Program-made: the position numbers and the translations under genes
Notes under the pieces: generated by a model
Databases searched by the model: none
The model's input: only the letters and a program-made list of their open reading frames with translations
Told to the model about the DNA's origin: nothing
In this document: one piece after another, positions 9,635-19,418 of the stretch
Position numbering within the stretch: the stretch's first letter is position 1
How the letters are laid out: each line of letters begins with the position of its first letter
Virus record (IMG/VR): IMGVR_UViG_3300031133_000283
Source of the DNA: an uncultured virus (IMG/VR IMGVR_UViG_3300031133_000283)
Taxonomy: Duplodnaviria > Heunggongvirae > Uroviricota > Caudoviricetes
Length of the DNA stretch: 64,000 nucleotides
Reading direction: 5' to 3' (one strand)

Positions 9635-10821
9635 GTCCGAAACATAATGCCAATGAACTTGTTCTGAGGAAAAGGAACGGGTCTAAACAAGTTCTTGTGC
9701 AAAACATCCAATCGTGGAAAACAAAGGTTTATTCAGGAGAAGTCTTACTGAAATCTCCGTTGGATGATAAAGATTCTAAACAGCTTGACCTGACTGCGGC
9801 TAAACGTTCTAACATGACTGGCTTGGCAGCAGCTATTGCCTTTGCCTTACCTGGATATTTCTTCCTGCCTGGTGATTGGATTCTCTTTGGAGGTTTCGCA
9901 TTCGGAAGCGTCGGAGCGGCGACAGGGCGACTGCTTGGGCAGAAAGCGTTTTTCAGTAAAAGCGACCGTTTGCAGAAAGCAAATCTTGAACTTCTGAGTA
10001 ATGTACTGCCTCATTGGTTGGCTGCTCGCTATGATGGGTTACAGGTTGGTCCAGCGATGAAACACAACCTTCTCCGAGCATTAGTAACAGGTTCAGGCTA
10101 CGGAACAGTGACTACCTCTGATAACAAGTATGCTCGTTGGGAAATAGTAGACAAAGGTCTAATCATTACAGAGGTAGCTGATCCAAGTAATGACAGTCTG
10201 GTATATGGCTATGTTCCCACTCAGGACTATAACTTAGGTTTACGTTCCAAGGTTGGAGCTCGTTTCAAGAAAGGGGTTACTGATAAGAACCCTTTCGATG
10301 CTGGAAAAGTGCAACCAGGCGCTATTTCGTTTACTAAGCCTGGACCTGTGGATTCTCCTGCAACTCAGGATAATGCACCTATTGTCAATATTCCAAAGCC
10401 AGTCAATGTTTCTATGTTAGACAAGGAAGACACATTACCAACTGTAGCCTTGCCTATCAAACCTTTTATTGCAGTAGAGTTACCCGATGAGTTAGGTGAT
10501 AGCTGGGAAGAACTGCAGGTTAAGCTGTTGACCGTCAAGAAACTCGCATTAGATACTGAGGATCAGTATTACGTTACTCGGGCACAATCTGAATCTAAGG
10601 AAGCTCTTGGTGTATACCAGCAGCTGGAAAAATTAGGAGCAGCTGATACAGAAGCTGCTGATAGCTTTTTATCAGTGCTACAACGTTTGACCAAAGAGCT
10701 GGATTCTCTTGTTAATAAAGAGATAGCCCACTTGAAGAATCAGTTGAAAACTCAACAAGCGTTCCTGGAAAGTGTTGAATCTCGCATTATCTTGGATAAG
10801 AATCCTGACACTCAGGAGTAA
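9631..10821 (+). CDS. Membrane protein, family A
   Basis: 2 TM, HWLAARYDGLQV, LDTEDQYYVTRAQSESKEA...TQQAFLES. Confidence 0.72.
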   Translation: MSPKHNANELVLRKRNGSKQVLVQNIQSWKTKVYSGEVLLKSPLDDKDSKQLDLTAAKRSNMTGLAAAIAFALPGYFFLPGDWILFGGFAFGSVGAATGRLLGQKAFFSKSDRLQKANLELLSNVLPHWLAARYDGLQVGPAMKHNLLRALVTGSGYGTVTTSDNKYARWEIVDKGLIITEVADPSNDSLVYGYVPTQDYNLGLRSKVGARFKKGVTDKNPFDAGKVQPGAISFTKPGPVDSPATQDNAPIVNIPKPVNVSMLDKEDTLPTVALPIKPFIAVELPDELGDSWEELQVKLLTVKKLALDTEDQYYVTRAQSESKEALGVYQQLEKLGAADTEAADSFLSVLQRLTKELDSLVNKEIAHLKNQLKTQQAFLESVESRIILDKNPDTQE

Positions 10822-10875
10822 GATTAGGTAGAAGGCAACAAGTAAGATTTGTTTTGCGGCTTCTACGGTAATAGG

Positions 10876-10904
10876 TTGAACAATCAGTATTTTCGTGATA
10901 GGAT
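10876..10904 (+). promoter_or_regulatory. SigA-type promoter, leaderless
   Basis: TTGAAC-17-TAGGAT with extended TG; ATG 10911 six nt downstream. Confidence 0.65.
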
Positions 10905-10910
10905 GGTGCC

Positions 10911-11465
10911 ATGAATGGTTTTGATATCTTCTCCCTTATAGTAGGCGCAGTAGCTGTGATCGGTACAGGCATTTTTAGCGCAACTACCAACAGACCTGGG
11001 TTGGAACTTCTTATCAACAAGGTTGTTGCTGGTAGAAAGCAGAAGTATCTGCATGAGAATTTCCAAGCTGTTGTAGAGGCAGGTCGTTCAGCTGATCTGG
11101 ATTTGACAAAAGTCTCGTATGCTGACGTAAGCATTCTTTTGAACACTCTGTCCTCTTTGCATGGAGATAAAGTCCAGAGTTCCATTCAAACTATTGAAAA
11201 AGCTGTGGAAGCGGAAGAGTTTGCTTTCCCTGTTCCTCGTGTTGACTTCCTAAAACGAACGTTCATTCTACTGGATGGGCTGGCTTCGTTTGCGCAACGG
11301 AGTAAGAACTCTGAGAAGCTCGGTTCATACGAGCTGCAGGCATTAGAGAAAGCTGAAACAAAATTGGATAAGCAGGTTGAAAGCTTGCGTGAAGAGTCTG
11401 ACCGTACTGCTGAGTCAGCTATTGGAAAACGAGGCGTTCGTAGTCTCTTAGGAAGGTCTAACTGA
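10911..11465 (+). CDS. Single-TM helical hypothetical protein
   Basis: N-terminal hydrophobic segment; translationally coupled to the next ORF (TGATG). Confidence 0.6.
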   Translation: MNGFDIFSLIVGAVAVIGTGIFSATTNRPGLELLINKVVAGRKQKYLHENFQAVVEAGRSADLDLTKVSYADVSILLNTLSSLHGDKVQSSIQTIEKAVEAEEFAFPVPRVDFLKRTFILLDGLASFAQRSKNSEKLGSYELQALEKAETKLDKQVESLREESDRTAESAIGKRGVRSLLGRSN

Positions 11466-12052
11466 TGCTTACTCTTATCATTATAGGTACTGTCGTTTTT
11501 AGCGCCGCTTCACTGGTTTCGTTCCAGTTAGGGGAAACACGATATACGTTCAAGACAGCAAAAGAGTTCAATGCTCTTACTGCAAACCCAGTATATCGCT
11601 CTATTGCTTTACCTGCGGCTGCTGAGCGCAAGGCTCTTTCCTCAGGTGAAATTGAGGAGCCTGTCCTTGAAACTTCTGTGAACATGATGCAGGTTGAGAA
11701 ATACGTAGAATCTTCCTCTCTACCGTATGCTCTTCGCGGAAAAGCCACTCGTTTGATTGAACGCTTCAATTCTGTACCACGTTCAGGTTTGAGTATTGAA
11801 GACTCGCATGACTTAGATGTTGTTGGTGAGCAGCTGTTATCCGCTGTCCGCTTGTATGAAGCTCTACCTGAGGACAAACGCTCTAACCGTTCCGTTACTC
11901 GTGAACTGGATGAGCAGTTGACTATGTTGGATAACGTAATTTCCACTGTTTCTGATGACCAAGCGAATGAGGTCATGAAGCAGCTTCGTTCAGGAACCCA
12001 GTTCTTGAAGGATAAGTTCATGCAGCGTCAACGTATGCAGTTGAAGAAATAA
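11465..12052 (+). CDS. Single-TM protein with XpaC/KlaA-like C-terminal domain
   Basis: LSIEDSHDL...AVRLYEALP...EQLTML...SGTQFLKDKF, parallel to 21218..21688. Confidence 0.65.
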   Translation: MLTLIIIGTVVFSAASLVSFQLGETRYTFKTAKEFNALTANPVYRSIALPAAAERKALSSGEIEEPVLETSVNMMQVEKYVESSSLPYALRGKATRLIERFNSVPRSGLSIEDSHDLDVVGEQLLSAVRLYEALPEDKRSNRSVTRELDEQLTMLDNVISTVSDDQANEVMKQLRSGTQFLKDKFMQRQRMQLKK

Positions 12053-12058
12053 GGCTGT

Positions 12059-12823
12059 ATGAATAAAGAAACACGAAAGAACCATTACGTCCCTGTATCA
12101 TACCAATCTGTTTTCAGAGGTTCCACTGACAGCTCTTTGGCTTCTCGTGAAGTATGGCTGGGAGTAACGCGTTTGCTCCCAACAACAGGGAAGCTGTTCC
12201 ATGCAAAAACAAGGCCCACAGAAGTTGGGTACATGAAAGATTTGTTCTCTCCGTATGTAGAGCATAAGCTGTTAGGCTATTTTGATGCAAAAGGCTCTGA
12301 GGTTCACAAGTCCGTAGTGCAGCAATCTGATAACACGGGACTTGTTCTGCTTACGCCTGAGGAAAGCATCACTCTGGCAGGATATCTACTTTCAATTATG
12401 TTGCGGCACCCCATGATGCTTCCCAGCTTCTCTGCGCTGACTTCTCATGTACTACCAAGCGAATATGAAGGAGCTTCTTTCCAGTCGGTATTGGAAATGC
12501 TCAAAGATGATGTTGGGCGTATTCGTTTGATGAACATCCAATTAAAGATACTTCCGCAGGACGTGCCATTATCTTTGACTACTCCGTTCTCATTAGAAAA
12601 CAAAACAGTACAGTTCTTGTTGTCCCCTCACCTTTTATTAGTTGCGGATATTGGGGTATATCAGGACGAGGAAACGTTCATTCCTTGTGTTCAAGCAGAA
12701 GAGTCCTTAGCTTACGAATGGATATCTAAAACCTGTTCCATATCACCTGAATCCAACTCTTTCGTGTACCCCTTAGCGGAGCAGGAACATTATGTAGAGC
12801 AGTATTTTGCTGCCATTGCGTAG
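12059..12823 (+). CDS. DUF4238-like protein
   Basis: N-terminal NHYVPVSYQSVF motif, then VEHKLLGYFD and LAGYLLSIMLRHP. Confidence 0.55.
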   Translation: MNKETRKNHYVPVSYQSVFRGSTDSSLASREVWLGVTRLLPTTGKLFHAKTRPTEVGYMKDLFSPYVEHKLLGYFDAKGSEVHKSVVQQSDNTGLVLLTPEESITLAGYLLSIMLRHPMMLPSFSALTSHVLPSEYEGASFQSVLEMLKDDVGRIRLMNIQLKILPQDVPLSLTTPFSLENKTVQFLLSPHLLLVADIGVYQDEETFIPCVQAEESLAYEWISKTCSISPESNSFVYPLAEQEHYVEQYFAAIA

Positions 12824-12883
12824 ATGTTTCTGAGAGTTTTCTGGACGGTTAAAAATTTATGGCACCTTTTCTGGTTACAAAAC

Positions 12884-12912
12884 TTGCATTGACCGATTGT
12901 GTATGGTAAGCT
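12884..12912 (+). promoter_or_regulatory. SigA-type promoter of terD
   Basis: TTGCAT-17-TAAGCT with extended TG. Confidence 0.65.
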
Positions 12913-12956
12913 AATTCATGTTAGCCAAACAAATCAACTTTTAGGAGAAAAACATC

Positions 12957-13535
12957 ATGGCTCTTACACTTCAGAAGGGTGCCAACCTCTCACTTACCAA
13001 GGAAGCCCCGGGTCTTACCCGTGCGGTTGTTGGTCTTGGTTGGGATGCTCGCAGCACTGATGGTAGCGCGTTTGACCTTGACGCTTCCGCAATTCTTGTG
13101 GGCGCTGACGGCAAGGTCCGTGGCAATACTGACTTCGTGTTCTACGGTCAGACTCAGGACGCTGACGGCTCTGTCGTCCACCAGGGTGACAACCTGACAG
13201 GTGAGGGCGACGGCGATGACGAGCAGATTGTGGTTGACCTGACTAAGGTCCCTGCTGACGTTGAGCGCGTTGTATTCACTGCTTCCATCTACGATGCAGA
13301 CCAGCGCAGCCAGTCCTTCGGCCAGGTCCGCAATGCGTTCATCCGCGTTGTTGACGGTGGCAACGACACTGAGGTTGTTCGCTACGACCTCTCCGAGGAC
13401 TACGCTACTGAGACTGCTCTGGTCTTCGCTGAGCTGTACCGTAACAACGGTGACTGGAAGTTCAAGGCTGTCGGTCAGGGCTATGCAAATGGCCTTGCTG
13501 GTATCGCTGGTGACTTCGGTGTCCAGCTCGGCTAA
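12957..13535 (+). CDS. terD: TerD family stress protein
   Basis: [38 protein letters not shown] aggag. Confidence 0.95.
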   Translation: MALTLQKGANLSLTKEAPGLTRAVVGLGWDARSTDGSAFDLDASAILVGADGKVRGNTDFVFYGQTQDADGSVVHQGDNLTGEGDGDDEQIVVDLTKVPADVERVVFTASIYDADQRSQSFGQVRNAFIRVVDGGNDTEVVRYDLSEDYATETALVFAELYRNNGDWKFKAVGQGYANGLAGIAGDFGVQLG

Positions 13536-13551
13536 TTAGCCATAGTTTCAT

Positions 13552-13594
13552 AAAAGCGGGCCAACTCTCCTATTTGGGAGTTGGCCCGCTTTTT
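13552..13594 (+). terminator. Intrinsic terminator
   Basis: aaaagcgggccaactc / gagttggcccgctttt, followed by T-rich sequence. Confidence 0.8.
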
Positions 13595-13668
13595 GTTTGC
13601 TTCTTGAGCTTCAAGTGTGGTAAGATCGGGGGTATAGATCAAATGATGTGAAAGTAGGCTTGTCTTTA

Positions 13669-14637
13669 ATGAGTTCAGAAATTGTGCGCTTTGAGAAAAA
13701 AGAAGTTCTGATCCCAGAGAGTAATCTACGTTCTGAGACAGCCCCAAATGGTTTGTACCAGACTCCTGTAAGTTACGCACTTGAAGAAAAAATCTACGTA
13801 ACAGAAAAACTAACGAATAATCATGTTTGGCAATTTTATACAATAGGTTCAATGGCTTTTGCTGGCCCTGGCGGAATGGCTTTTGCGATACCTGCAATCG
13901 ATGGCAATCCTATTTTGTTCTTGGGGACAATAACACTTGCTGCTGTTGCTAGTCTCGTGACAGTCCTTACCATAAAGAAAAGTAATAAAGCGGAACGTAT
14001 TGATAAAACTACTGGAGAAATCAATACGAAAGCATTACTGAAATGGCTGAAGAATAGGTACGATATCTCTGTTACTACTCGAACAGCAGTCCAACTTGCA
14101 ACATATGTTGATGTAGAAAAGAAAAACTTCGGGCTGTTATGTCATTTCTCCGATGTGGACAATGTAATTTATGCGTTACATAACGATGTTCGTAATCGTA
14201 GGTATGTTTTGAAGGTAGATGACACTCCTACTGATGCTTCTATTGAATCTATTGTCAAATCAGCTCCTGCTATTAGTGCAGATTCTTCTCAATACAAGTC
14301 TATTTCTTATTTATCCGAAGATTCTCTCAACTTGGCAAAAACTATTACTTCTACTATTGAGCGCATTCGCAATACGGGTTTGACAACAGAACAGCAGTAT
14401 GAAGCCGAACATATCCTGTCTGAGTTGAAGAAAATATGTGATATTCGTCGTCAGATTTTTGATATCAATCCAGAAAAAGATGAGTCCCCTTTGGTGAAAG
14501 CGACCTTAGATGACCTGTCTACTCGTGCGACAAAAATTATGGACGAACAAATTTCTGGATTAGAGAAAGAGCTGCTTATTCAGAATGACTACATTCACAG
14601 CAGGGCAGATGTAACTTCCTTGCAGGTTGAAAAGTAA
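13669..14637 (+). CDS. Membrane protein, family A (duplicate pair, copy 1)
   Basis: KWLKNRYDISV, FSDVDNVIYALHND, LTTEQQY...LLIQNDYIHSR; ATG 13669 preferred over the track GTG 13648. Confidence 0.75.
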   Translation: MSSEIVRFEKKEVLIPESNLRSETAPNGLYQTPVSYALEEKIYVTEKLTNNHVWQFYTIGSMAFAGPGGMAFAIPAIDGNPILFLGTITLAAVASLVTVLTIKKSNKAERIDKTTGEINTKALLKWLKNRYDISVTTRTAVQLATYVDVEKKNFGLLCHFSDVDNVIYALHNDVRNRRYVLKVDDTPTDASIESIVKSAPAISADSSQYKSISYLSEDSLNLAKTITSTIERIRNTGLTTEQQYEAEHILSELKKICDIRRQIFDINPEKDESPLVKATLDDLSTRATKIMDEQISGLEKELLIQNDYIHSRADVTSLQVEK

Positions 14638-14648
14638 GACAAAATGCA

Positions 14649-14676
14649 ACCTATGGTAGAATTCTTTACCATAGGT
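14649..14676. repeat. 10-bp inverted repeat between the duplicated genes
   Basis: acctatggta-gaattctt-taccataggt. Confidence 0.55.
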
Positions 14677-14705
14677 CAGATGATGTGAAAGAAGGCTTGT
14701 CGTTG

Positions 14706-15701
14706 ATGAGTAAAGAAGTAGAACGCTTTGACAAAAAGAATGAAATAGCTGTTGATGAGTCAATGTTGCGGTCAGAGACAGCTTCCAATGGTTTGTATCA
14801 GACCCCTATTGATTCTTCTACCTACACCGAGTTGGAAAAGCAAGCACCTAAGACGAGTATGACCAACTTCGCACCAGTCCTTCTACCTGCGGGAGCAATG
14901 GGTGTACTAATAAGTGTTCTTCAACTATTCTATCCTCCATCTGATCCTGGTGCAGTAGCTACTTGGATGTTGGGTTGGGCTTCTGCTGGAACAGGTGCCG
15001 CAGGACTCACCTCAGGATATATGTTTAAAGCATATACCAAAGAAAACAGGAATAAAGCCTTCAGGCTTCTTATTGCTCGGCACAATGCTGATGCTTTAAG
15101 ACTTTGGTTGAAAAAACGTTATTCTATTTTTATCACTGATGAAGTTTTCGCAGAGCTGGCCTGGTATGTACGTAAAGAAAATGAAAAAACTGGATTACTT
15201 ATTCGTTTCTACGATGTAGACAACGTTTTATACGAGTTACATAACGATAAGTACAACCGTCGTTATGTAACCAAAGTTGATTCGACTCCACAGGATTACA
15301 AGACACCAGTCACTCCTGTAAAAGAGGATGTAGAAGTAGCTACTATTACACAAGAGTATTTGTCAGAAGACTCCAACCATCTTGTTGAACGCATTACTAC
15401 TATATCCCAAAAACTCCGTGATAGTGCATTGACAACAGAGCAAACACATGAGCTTGACCGCATCGTTGATGAGACGAAAAAAGTATGTGAAATTCGCGCA
15501 GGTATCTTTGCCTTGGACCCAGAACAGGAAGAATCTGGTTCAGTTCGTAAAACGCTAGCTTCTCTGCAAAACCAGATTCAGGCTCTTCTCCGAGTGCAGA
15601 TTGCGGAGTTGGAAAAGGAGCTAACAGTTCAAAATACATATGTCACAGCTAATGATGTGCACAATAATTTAGCAATTGAGAAAGTAGGGGCTTCTTTATG
15701 A
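14706..15701 (+). CDS. Membrane protein, family A (duplicate pair, copy 2)
   Basis: LRSETASNGLYQTP, LWLKKRYSIFI, FYDVDNVLYELHND, LTTEQTHEL...LTVQNTYV. Confidence 0.75.
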   Translation: MSKEVERFDKKNEIAVDESMLRSETASNGLYQTPIDSSTYTELEKQAPKTSMTNFAPVLLPAGAMGVLISVLQLFYPPSDPGAVATWMLGWASAGTGAAGLTSGYMFKAYTKENRNKAFRLLIARHNADALRLWLKKRYSIFITDEVFAELAWYVRKENEKTGLLIRFYDVDNVLYELHNDKYNRRYVTKVDSTPQDYKTPVTPVKEDVEVATITQEYLSEDSNHLVERITTISQKLRDSALTTEQTHELDRIVDETKKVCEIRAGIFALDPEQEESGSVRKTLASLQNQIQALLRVQIAELEKELTVQNTYVTANDVHNNLAIEKVGASL

Positions 15702-16600
15702 GTTGGTTTAGTTCAGACACGAAAGAAAGAAAAGAAATAGCCAGACAACAAGAGCTGGCACAGCAGGCAAAGATTGAAAAGCAGAAATCTATCCAAAGGG
15801 CACAGCAAGTGCAATGGATGCGTTCTAAAACAGCTGCTGATTTTATTGAACTCTTTAGTATGCTTGAGCAGCAAGTAAAATCAGTTGTTGGAGAACCTTC
15901 TGAGTTAGAGGGAGATTATAAACGTTCTTATAGAGCTTCTTTAGATGGCCTTACTCAAATACGCAAGGCTTTCTTTGAAATTGATAGAGGATTGCTCAAT
16001 GAACATCAACTTGCCTCCTTGTACACCTTGCTGAGTCAAGTTCTCCCAAACGCAGTTAGCAAGTTACAACAGTCCGCCATTGAACATACTGTTCATGGAG
16101 CCTGGGAGTACTATGGCGTAAAAGCATCATTTTCTAATGCGTTTACTTCATTTATCGCAATACGAAATTCTCAGATTGGGAAAAACCCTATCACTCTACC
16201 TAAGACAGAAGTTGTTGGTGATACCGTTTTTCCAGCCTACGAAATTGCTGATTCTAGTATTACAGAACCACTAGCACGTATTGGTAAATTGTGGAGGCAA
16301 GCTTCCGAGAAAAAGAATACTGTTGAGAACGAGTACTTTTTGGAGCAGGTAGTATCTTCTTATCTTCCAGAAGCTTACCGCTTGTATAGCACATTCCAAT
16401 TAGCCCCCGCAGAGTTGCAAGAGTCAGCTGCAACGATATTTGTCGAGCAGTTAGAACTCATTGAGCGTCATTTAGTACATATTCTTCGCACATATATGGA
16501 ACAGAACCTTGTTGCTATGCAAAACCATATGGATTTCTTGAAGCAGAAAACTTTGGATTCTGCTGAGAAGCCTGAACTATTGGAGATTGCTGCTACATGA
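15698..16600 (+). CDS. Soluble XpaC/KlaA-like protein, possibly two tandem domains
   Basis: SQVLPNAV and SSYLPEAYRLY motifs; C-terminal EQLELIE...NHMDFLKQK. Confidence 0.6.
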   Translation: MSWFSSDTKERKEIARQQELAQQAKIEKQKSIQRAQQVQWMRSKTAADFIELFSMLEQQVKSVVGEPSELEGDYKRSYRASLDGLTQIRKAFFEIDRGLLNEHQLASLYTLLSQVLPNAVSKLQQSAIEHTVHGAWEYYGVKASFSNAFTSFIAIRNSQIGKNPITLPKTEVVGDTVFPAYEIADSSITEPLARIGKLWRQASEKKNTVENEYFLEQVVSSYLPEAYRLYSTFQLAPAELQESAATIFVEQLELIERHLVHILRTYMEQNLVAMQNHMDFLKQKTLDSAEKPELLEIAAT

Positions 16601-17508
16601 GTATACTCAAAAAACTTGATGAGAATACCCGTGAGGGAGCTCTAATTGCACCCTCTGAACTGCGAGCAAATGCATTAGAGCTGGAAACAAAGTCTGATGA
16701 AACACGGAGAAAAATTTCTGCTCCGTTCATGACAACTGTTATCCCAGGAACTCTAACATTTCTGGGTACAGGAATGTTTGGGTTGGATATCATTGCCTTT
16801 TCCGCTGCGGGTGCAGGAATCGTCGGATATGGTATCCTTGCTGGTATTCGCGTTCGGGCGGGGAGTAAAGCAAGACGAAGTAGAAGAGCTCTAAAACAAG
16901 CTATTAGCGTACAATTGAACAAGTACAGTATCAAACTCTTACCTGGTTTTTTAGACAAACTGGTGGATCAAGCAATGCATTTACCTCCAGGTAAGTCAAC
17001 AGAGTTTGTAGATATTGATAAGTCGTTATATCTTTTACGAACAGACAGTAAAGGAGATATTTCTATTCTTCTAAAATGGAAATCCTCAACCGCTGAAATT
17101 AAGAAAAGCGTCAAAGGATATGCCACTCAGTTACTGGGTATCAACCCTGCTCCAACGCCCGAGTTGGAAAGTAGCCATGTAATCAAAAGTCTTCCTCGTG
17201 ATGTGGTGAAGAAAGCGGAAAACATTGAGCAGTATATTGCGAATATTGACATGTATCGTGTGCAGTTAGATGTTGTTAGCCTGCATACCTTAGAGCATGT
17301 GGAGCAGGAACTACTATCTACAATGGAGTCTTATGTGCGTTTATCTCGCATGAAAGGTCCTGAATTTGGCAAAGCTGATACTTTAGAAATTCTTACCATC
17401 CTTGAAAAAGAAGCTCAGTCTCTACATGGGGGCATCTCTGAACAAATTGAACGTGATTTAGCAATTCAACGTGCATATGTTGAAGCTCGCCGGCAGGCTG
17501 AACAGTAA
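16597..17508 (+). CDS. Membrane protein, family A
   Basis: 2 TM, FVDIDKSLYLL, LDVVSLHTLEHVEQEL...LAIQRAYVEARR. Confidence 0.72.
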   Translation: MSILKKLDENTREGALIAPSELRANALELETKSDETRRKISAPFMTTVIPGTLTFLGTGMFGLDIIAFSAAGAGIVGYGILAGIRVRAGSKARRSRRALKQAISVQLNKYSIKLLPGFLDKLVDQAMHLPPGKSTEFVDIDKSLYLLRTDSKGDISILLKWKSSTAEIKKSVKGYATQLLGINPAPTPELESSHVIKSLPRDVVKKAENIEQYIANIDMYRVQLDVVSLHTLEHVEQELLSTMESYVRLSRMKGPEFGKADTLEILTILEKEAQSLHGGISEQIERDLAIQRAYVEARRQAEQ

Positions 17509-17565
17509 TATTTGCTACGCGACAGATAAGCCTATATAACAGATAGCTTTGAAAGGAATCCTGCT

Positions 17566-17976
17566 GTGTTTTATCGTCAAGTATCATCTGTTTCAGCCTT
17601 GGAGAATTTACCTCCTGAGGCTGTTGTGTATTTTGACGGCTTAGCAGCAGTCAAAGCCAAAAACGGAGACTGGTTAGTAGCGGGGGAGCACACTCCCGTT
17701 GATTCAAAAATCCTGCAAAGCATGTCTGGCGTGTTCCATGTTGTTTCAGAATTCTCTTATTTCCCTGAATCTGGATTTGACACTGGCAGAGTGAACCTGA
17801 CTCAGGTGATGAGCTTTATTGCGAAATATGATGAAGTACCTTGGGTTGTCTTATTCGAATGGACGCGAGACTTTTTCGGTGTTGACTTAGAGCTAGCTCG
17901 TAATGCAGTTTGGCAGCTTGTAAAGACAGGTAAAGTGCAGCCCACAGACCGTGAAACTTTACGTCTTACGCACTAA
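17566..17976 (+). CDS. Hypothetical protein, possible C-terminal winged helix
   Basis: GTG start after gaaagga; ends ARNAVWQLVKTGKV. Confidence 0.55.
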   Translation: MFYRQVSSVSALENLPPEAVVYFDGLAAVKAKNGDWLVAGEHTPVDSKILQSMSGVFHVVSEFSYFPESGFDTGRVNLTQVMSFIAKYDEVPWVVLFEWTRDFFGVDLELARNAVWQLVKTGKVQPTDRETLRLTH

Positions 17977-18001
17977 TTTTTCGGCTAAAACTATTTGGAA
18001 G

Positions 18002-18030
18002 TTGCATCAGCCGAGAATCTATGTTAGAGT
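18002..18030 (+). promoter_or_regulatory. SigA-type promoter of terZ-terD
   Basis: TTGCAT-17-TAGAGT with extended TG. Confidence 0.65.
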
Positions 18031-18065
18031 GTACTCATTACATAAACTTGAAAGGTTTTGATTAG

Positions 18066-18653
18066 ATGTCAATCTCACTTACCAAAGGTAATACCGTTTC
18101 ACTTGCTAAGAAGGACGGTTCTTCTCTGACCAAGGTTACTCTCGGTCTTGGCTGGGACGCTGCTTCCACAAAGAAGGGCCTCTTCGGCGCTGTTCTTGGC
18201 GGGTCCATTGACCTTGATGCCTCAGCTCTGCTGTATGACGGTCAGGGTCGCAATACCGAGATTGTTTACTTCAGTCACCTGAACTCAAAGGACGGCTCAG
18301 TCCGACACTCTGGTGATAACCTGACAGGTGCTGGTAATGGTGATGACGAGCAGATTGTCGTTGACCTGACCCGTGTTCCTGCTGATATTCAGCACATTGT
18401 GTTTACCATCAACTCCTACTCTGGCCAGAAGTTCGACCAGGTGAAGAATGTTTTTGCTCGCGTCGTTGATTCTTCCGACCGCAACAACACCGAGATTGTT
18501 CGTTACAACCTCGCAGAGTCTGCTTCAAAGACCGCAAACATCATCGCCAAGGTGAGCCGTCAGGGTTCAGGCTGGGCATTCACCGCTATTGGTGAGTACG
18601 CTGATGGACGCACTGCAAACAAGCTAGTTGACACTGCACGCAACTTCCTGTAA
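18066..18653 (+). CDS. terZ: TerD family protein, TerZ-like
   Basis: MSISLTKG..VSL..K, GLGWDA, IDLDASA, HSGDNLTGAGNGDDE, VFTINSYSGQKF. Confidence 0.85.
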   Translation: MSISLTKGNTVSLAKKDGSSLTKVTLGLGWDAASTKKGLFGAVLGGSIDLDASALLYDGQGRNTEIVYFSHLNSKDGSVRHSGDNLTGAGNGDDEQIVVDLTRVPADIQHIVFTINSYSGQKFDQVKNVFARVVDSSDRNNTEIVRYNLAESASKTANIIAKVSRQGSGWAFTAIGEYADGRTANKLVDTARNFL

Positions 18654-18713
18654 GCTGTCCACAGAACAACAAACAATTTAGATATACAACGTAGAAAGAA
18701 GTGAATTCAAATT

Positions 18714-19292
18714 ATGGCTATTAGTCTTAGCAAGGGTGGAAACGTCTCCCTCACAAAGGAAGCCCCGAATCTCCGAGTAGCTCGTGTTGGTCTTGGTTGG
18801 GACGTTCGCACCACCGCTGGTGCCGAGTTCGACCTTGACGCTTCCGCTCTTCTCCTTGCCGCTACGGGTAAGGTTCGCAACGAGAAGGACTTCGTGTTCT
18901 ATGGCGCTCTTCGTCACCCGAGTGAAGCTGTCATCCACCAGGGTGACAACCGTACTGGTGACGGCGATGGTGACGATGAGGTTATCCTCATTGACCTCCC
19001 TTCAGTCGAGGTAGATGTTGAGAAGATTGTCATTTCCGTGTCAATCTACGATGCTGATGCTCGCAGGCAGTCCTTTGGTCAGGTTCGTAACGCTTACATC
19101 CGCCTTGTTGATGAGACAACTGGCGTTGAGGTTGTTCGTTATGACCTTACCGAGGAGGCAGGCAATGAGACTGCTCTGAACTTCGCTGAGCTGTACCGTC
19201 ACAACGGTGAGTGGAAGTTCCGCGCTGTTGGTCAGGGGTACTCAACAGGTCTCGCTGGCCTTGCCACTGACTTCGGCGTTCCCATCGGATAA
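18714..19292 (+). CDS. terD: TerD/TerE family protein
   Basis: GLGWD, FDLDASA, HQGDNRTGDGDGDDE, ELYRHNGEWKFRAVGQG. Confidence 0.92.
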   Translation: MAISLSKGGNVSLTKEAPNLRVARVGLGWDVRTTAGAEFDLDASALLLAATGKVRNEKDFVFYGALRHPSEAVIHQGDNRTGDGDGDDEVILIDLPSVEVDVEKIVISVSIYDADARRQSFGQVRNAYIRLVDETTGVEVVRYDLTEEAGNETALNFAELYRHNGEWKFRAVGQGYSTGLAGLATDFGVPIG

Positions 19293-19320
19293 AGTTTTTT
19301 CAAAGTTTTTGCCGCCACGC

Positions 19321-19371
19321 ACTTCCTTTTCTCATGGACCTGTGTTATGATAGTCCATGAGAAAAGGAAGT
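19321..19371. promoter_or_regulatory. 19-bp perfect inverted repeat enclosing an extended -10 element upstream of telA
   Basis: acttccttttctcatggac-ctgTGtTATGATa-gtccatgagaaaaggaagt. Confidence 0.55.
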
Positions 19372-19418
19372 AAAATTCCTCAGAAAACGTAGTGCTTTTA
19401 GAAAGGCAACCAACCAAC

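Noticed and set aside
43..17508. Diversity-generating retroelement or invertible cassette behind the paralog array
   Set aside because: No reverse transcriptase, recombinase or near-identical template/variable repeats seen; the paralogs are divergent at DNA level except one pair
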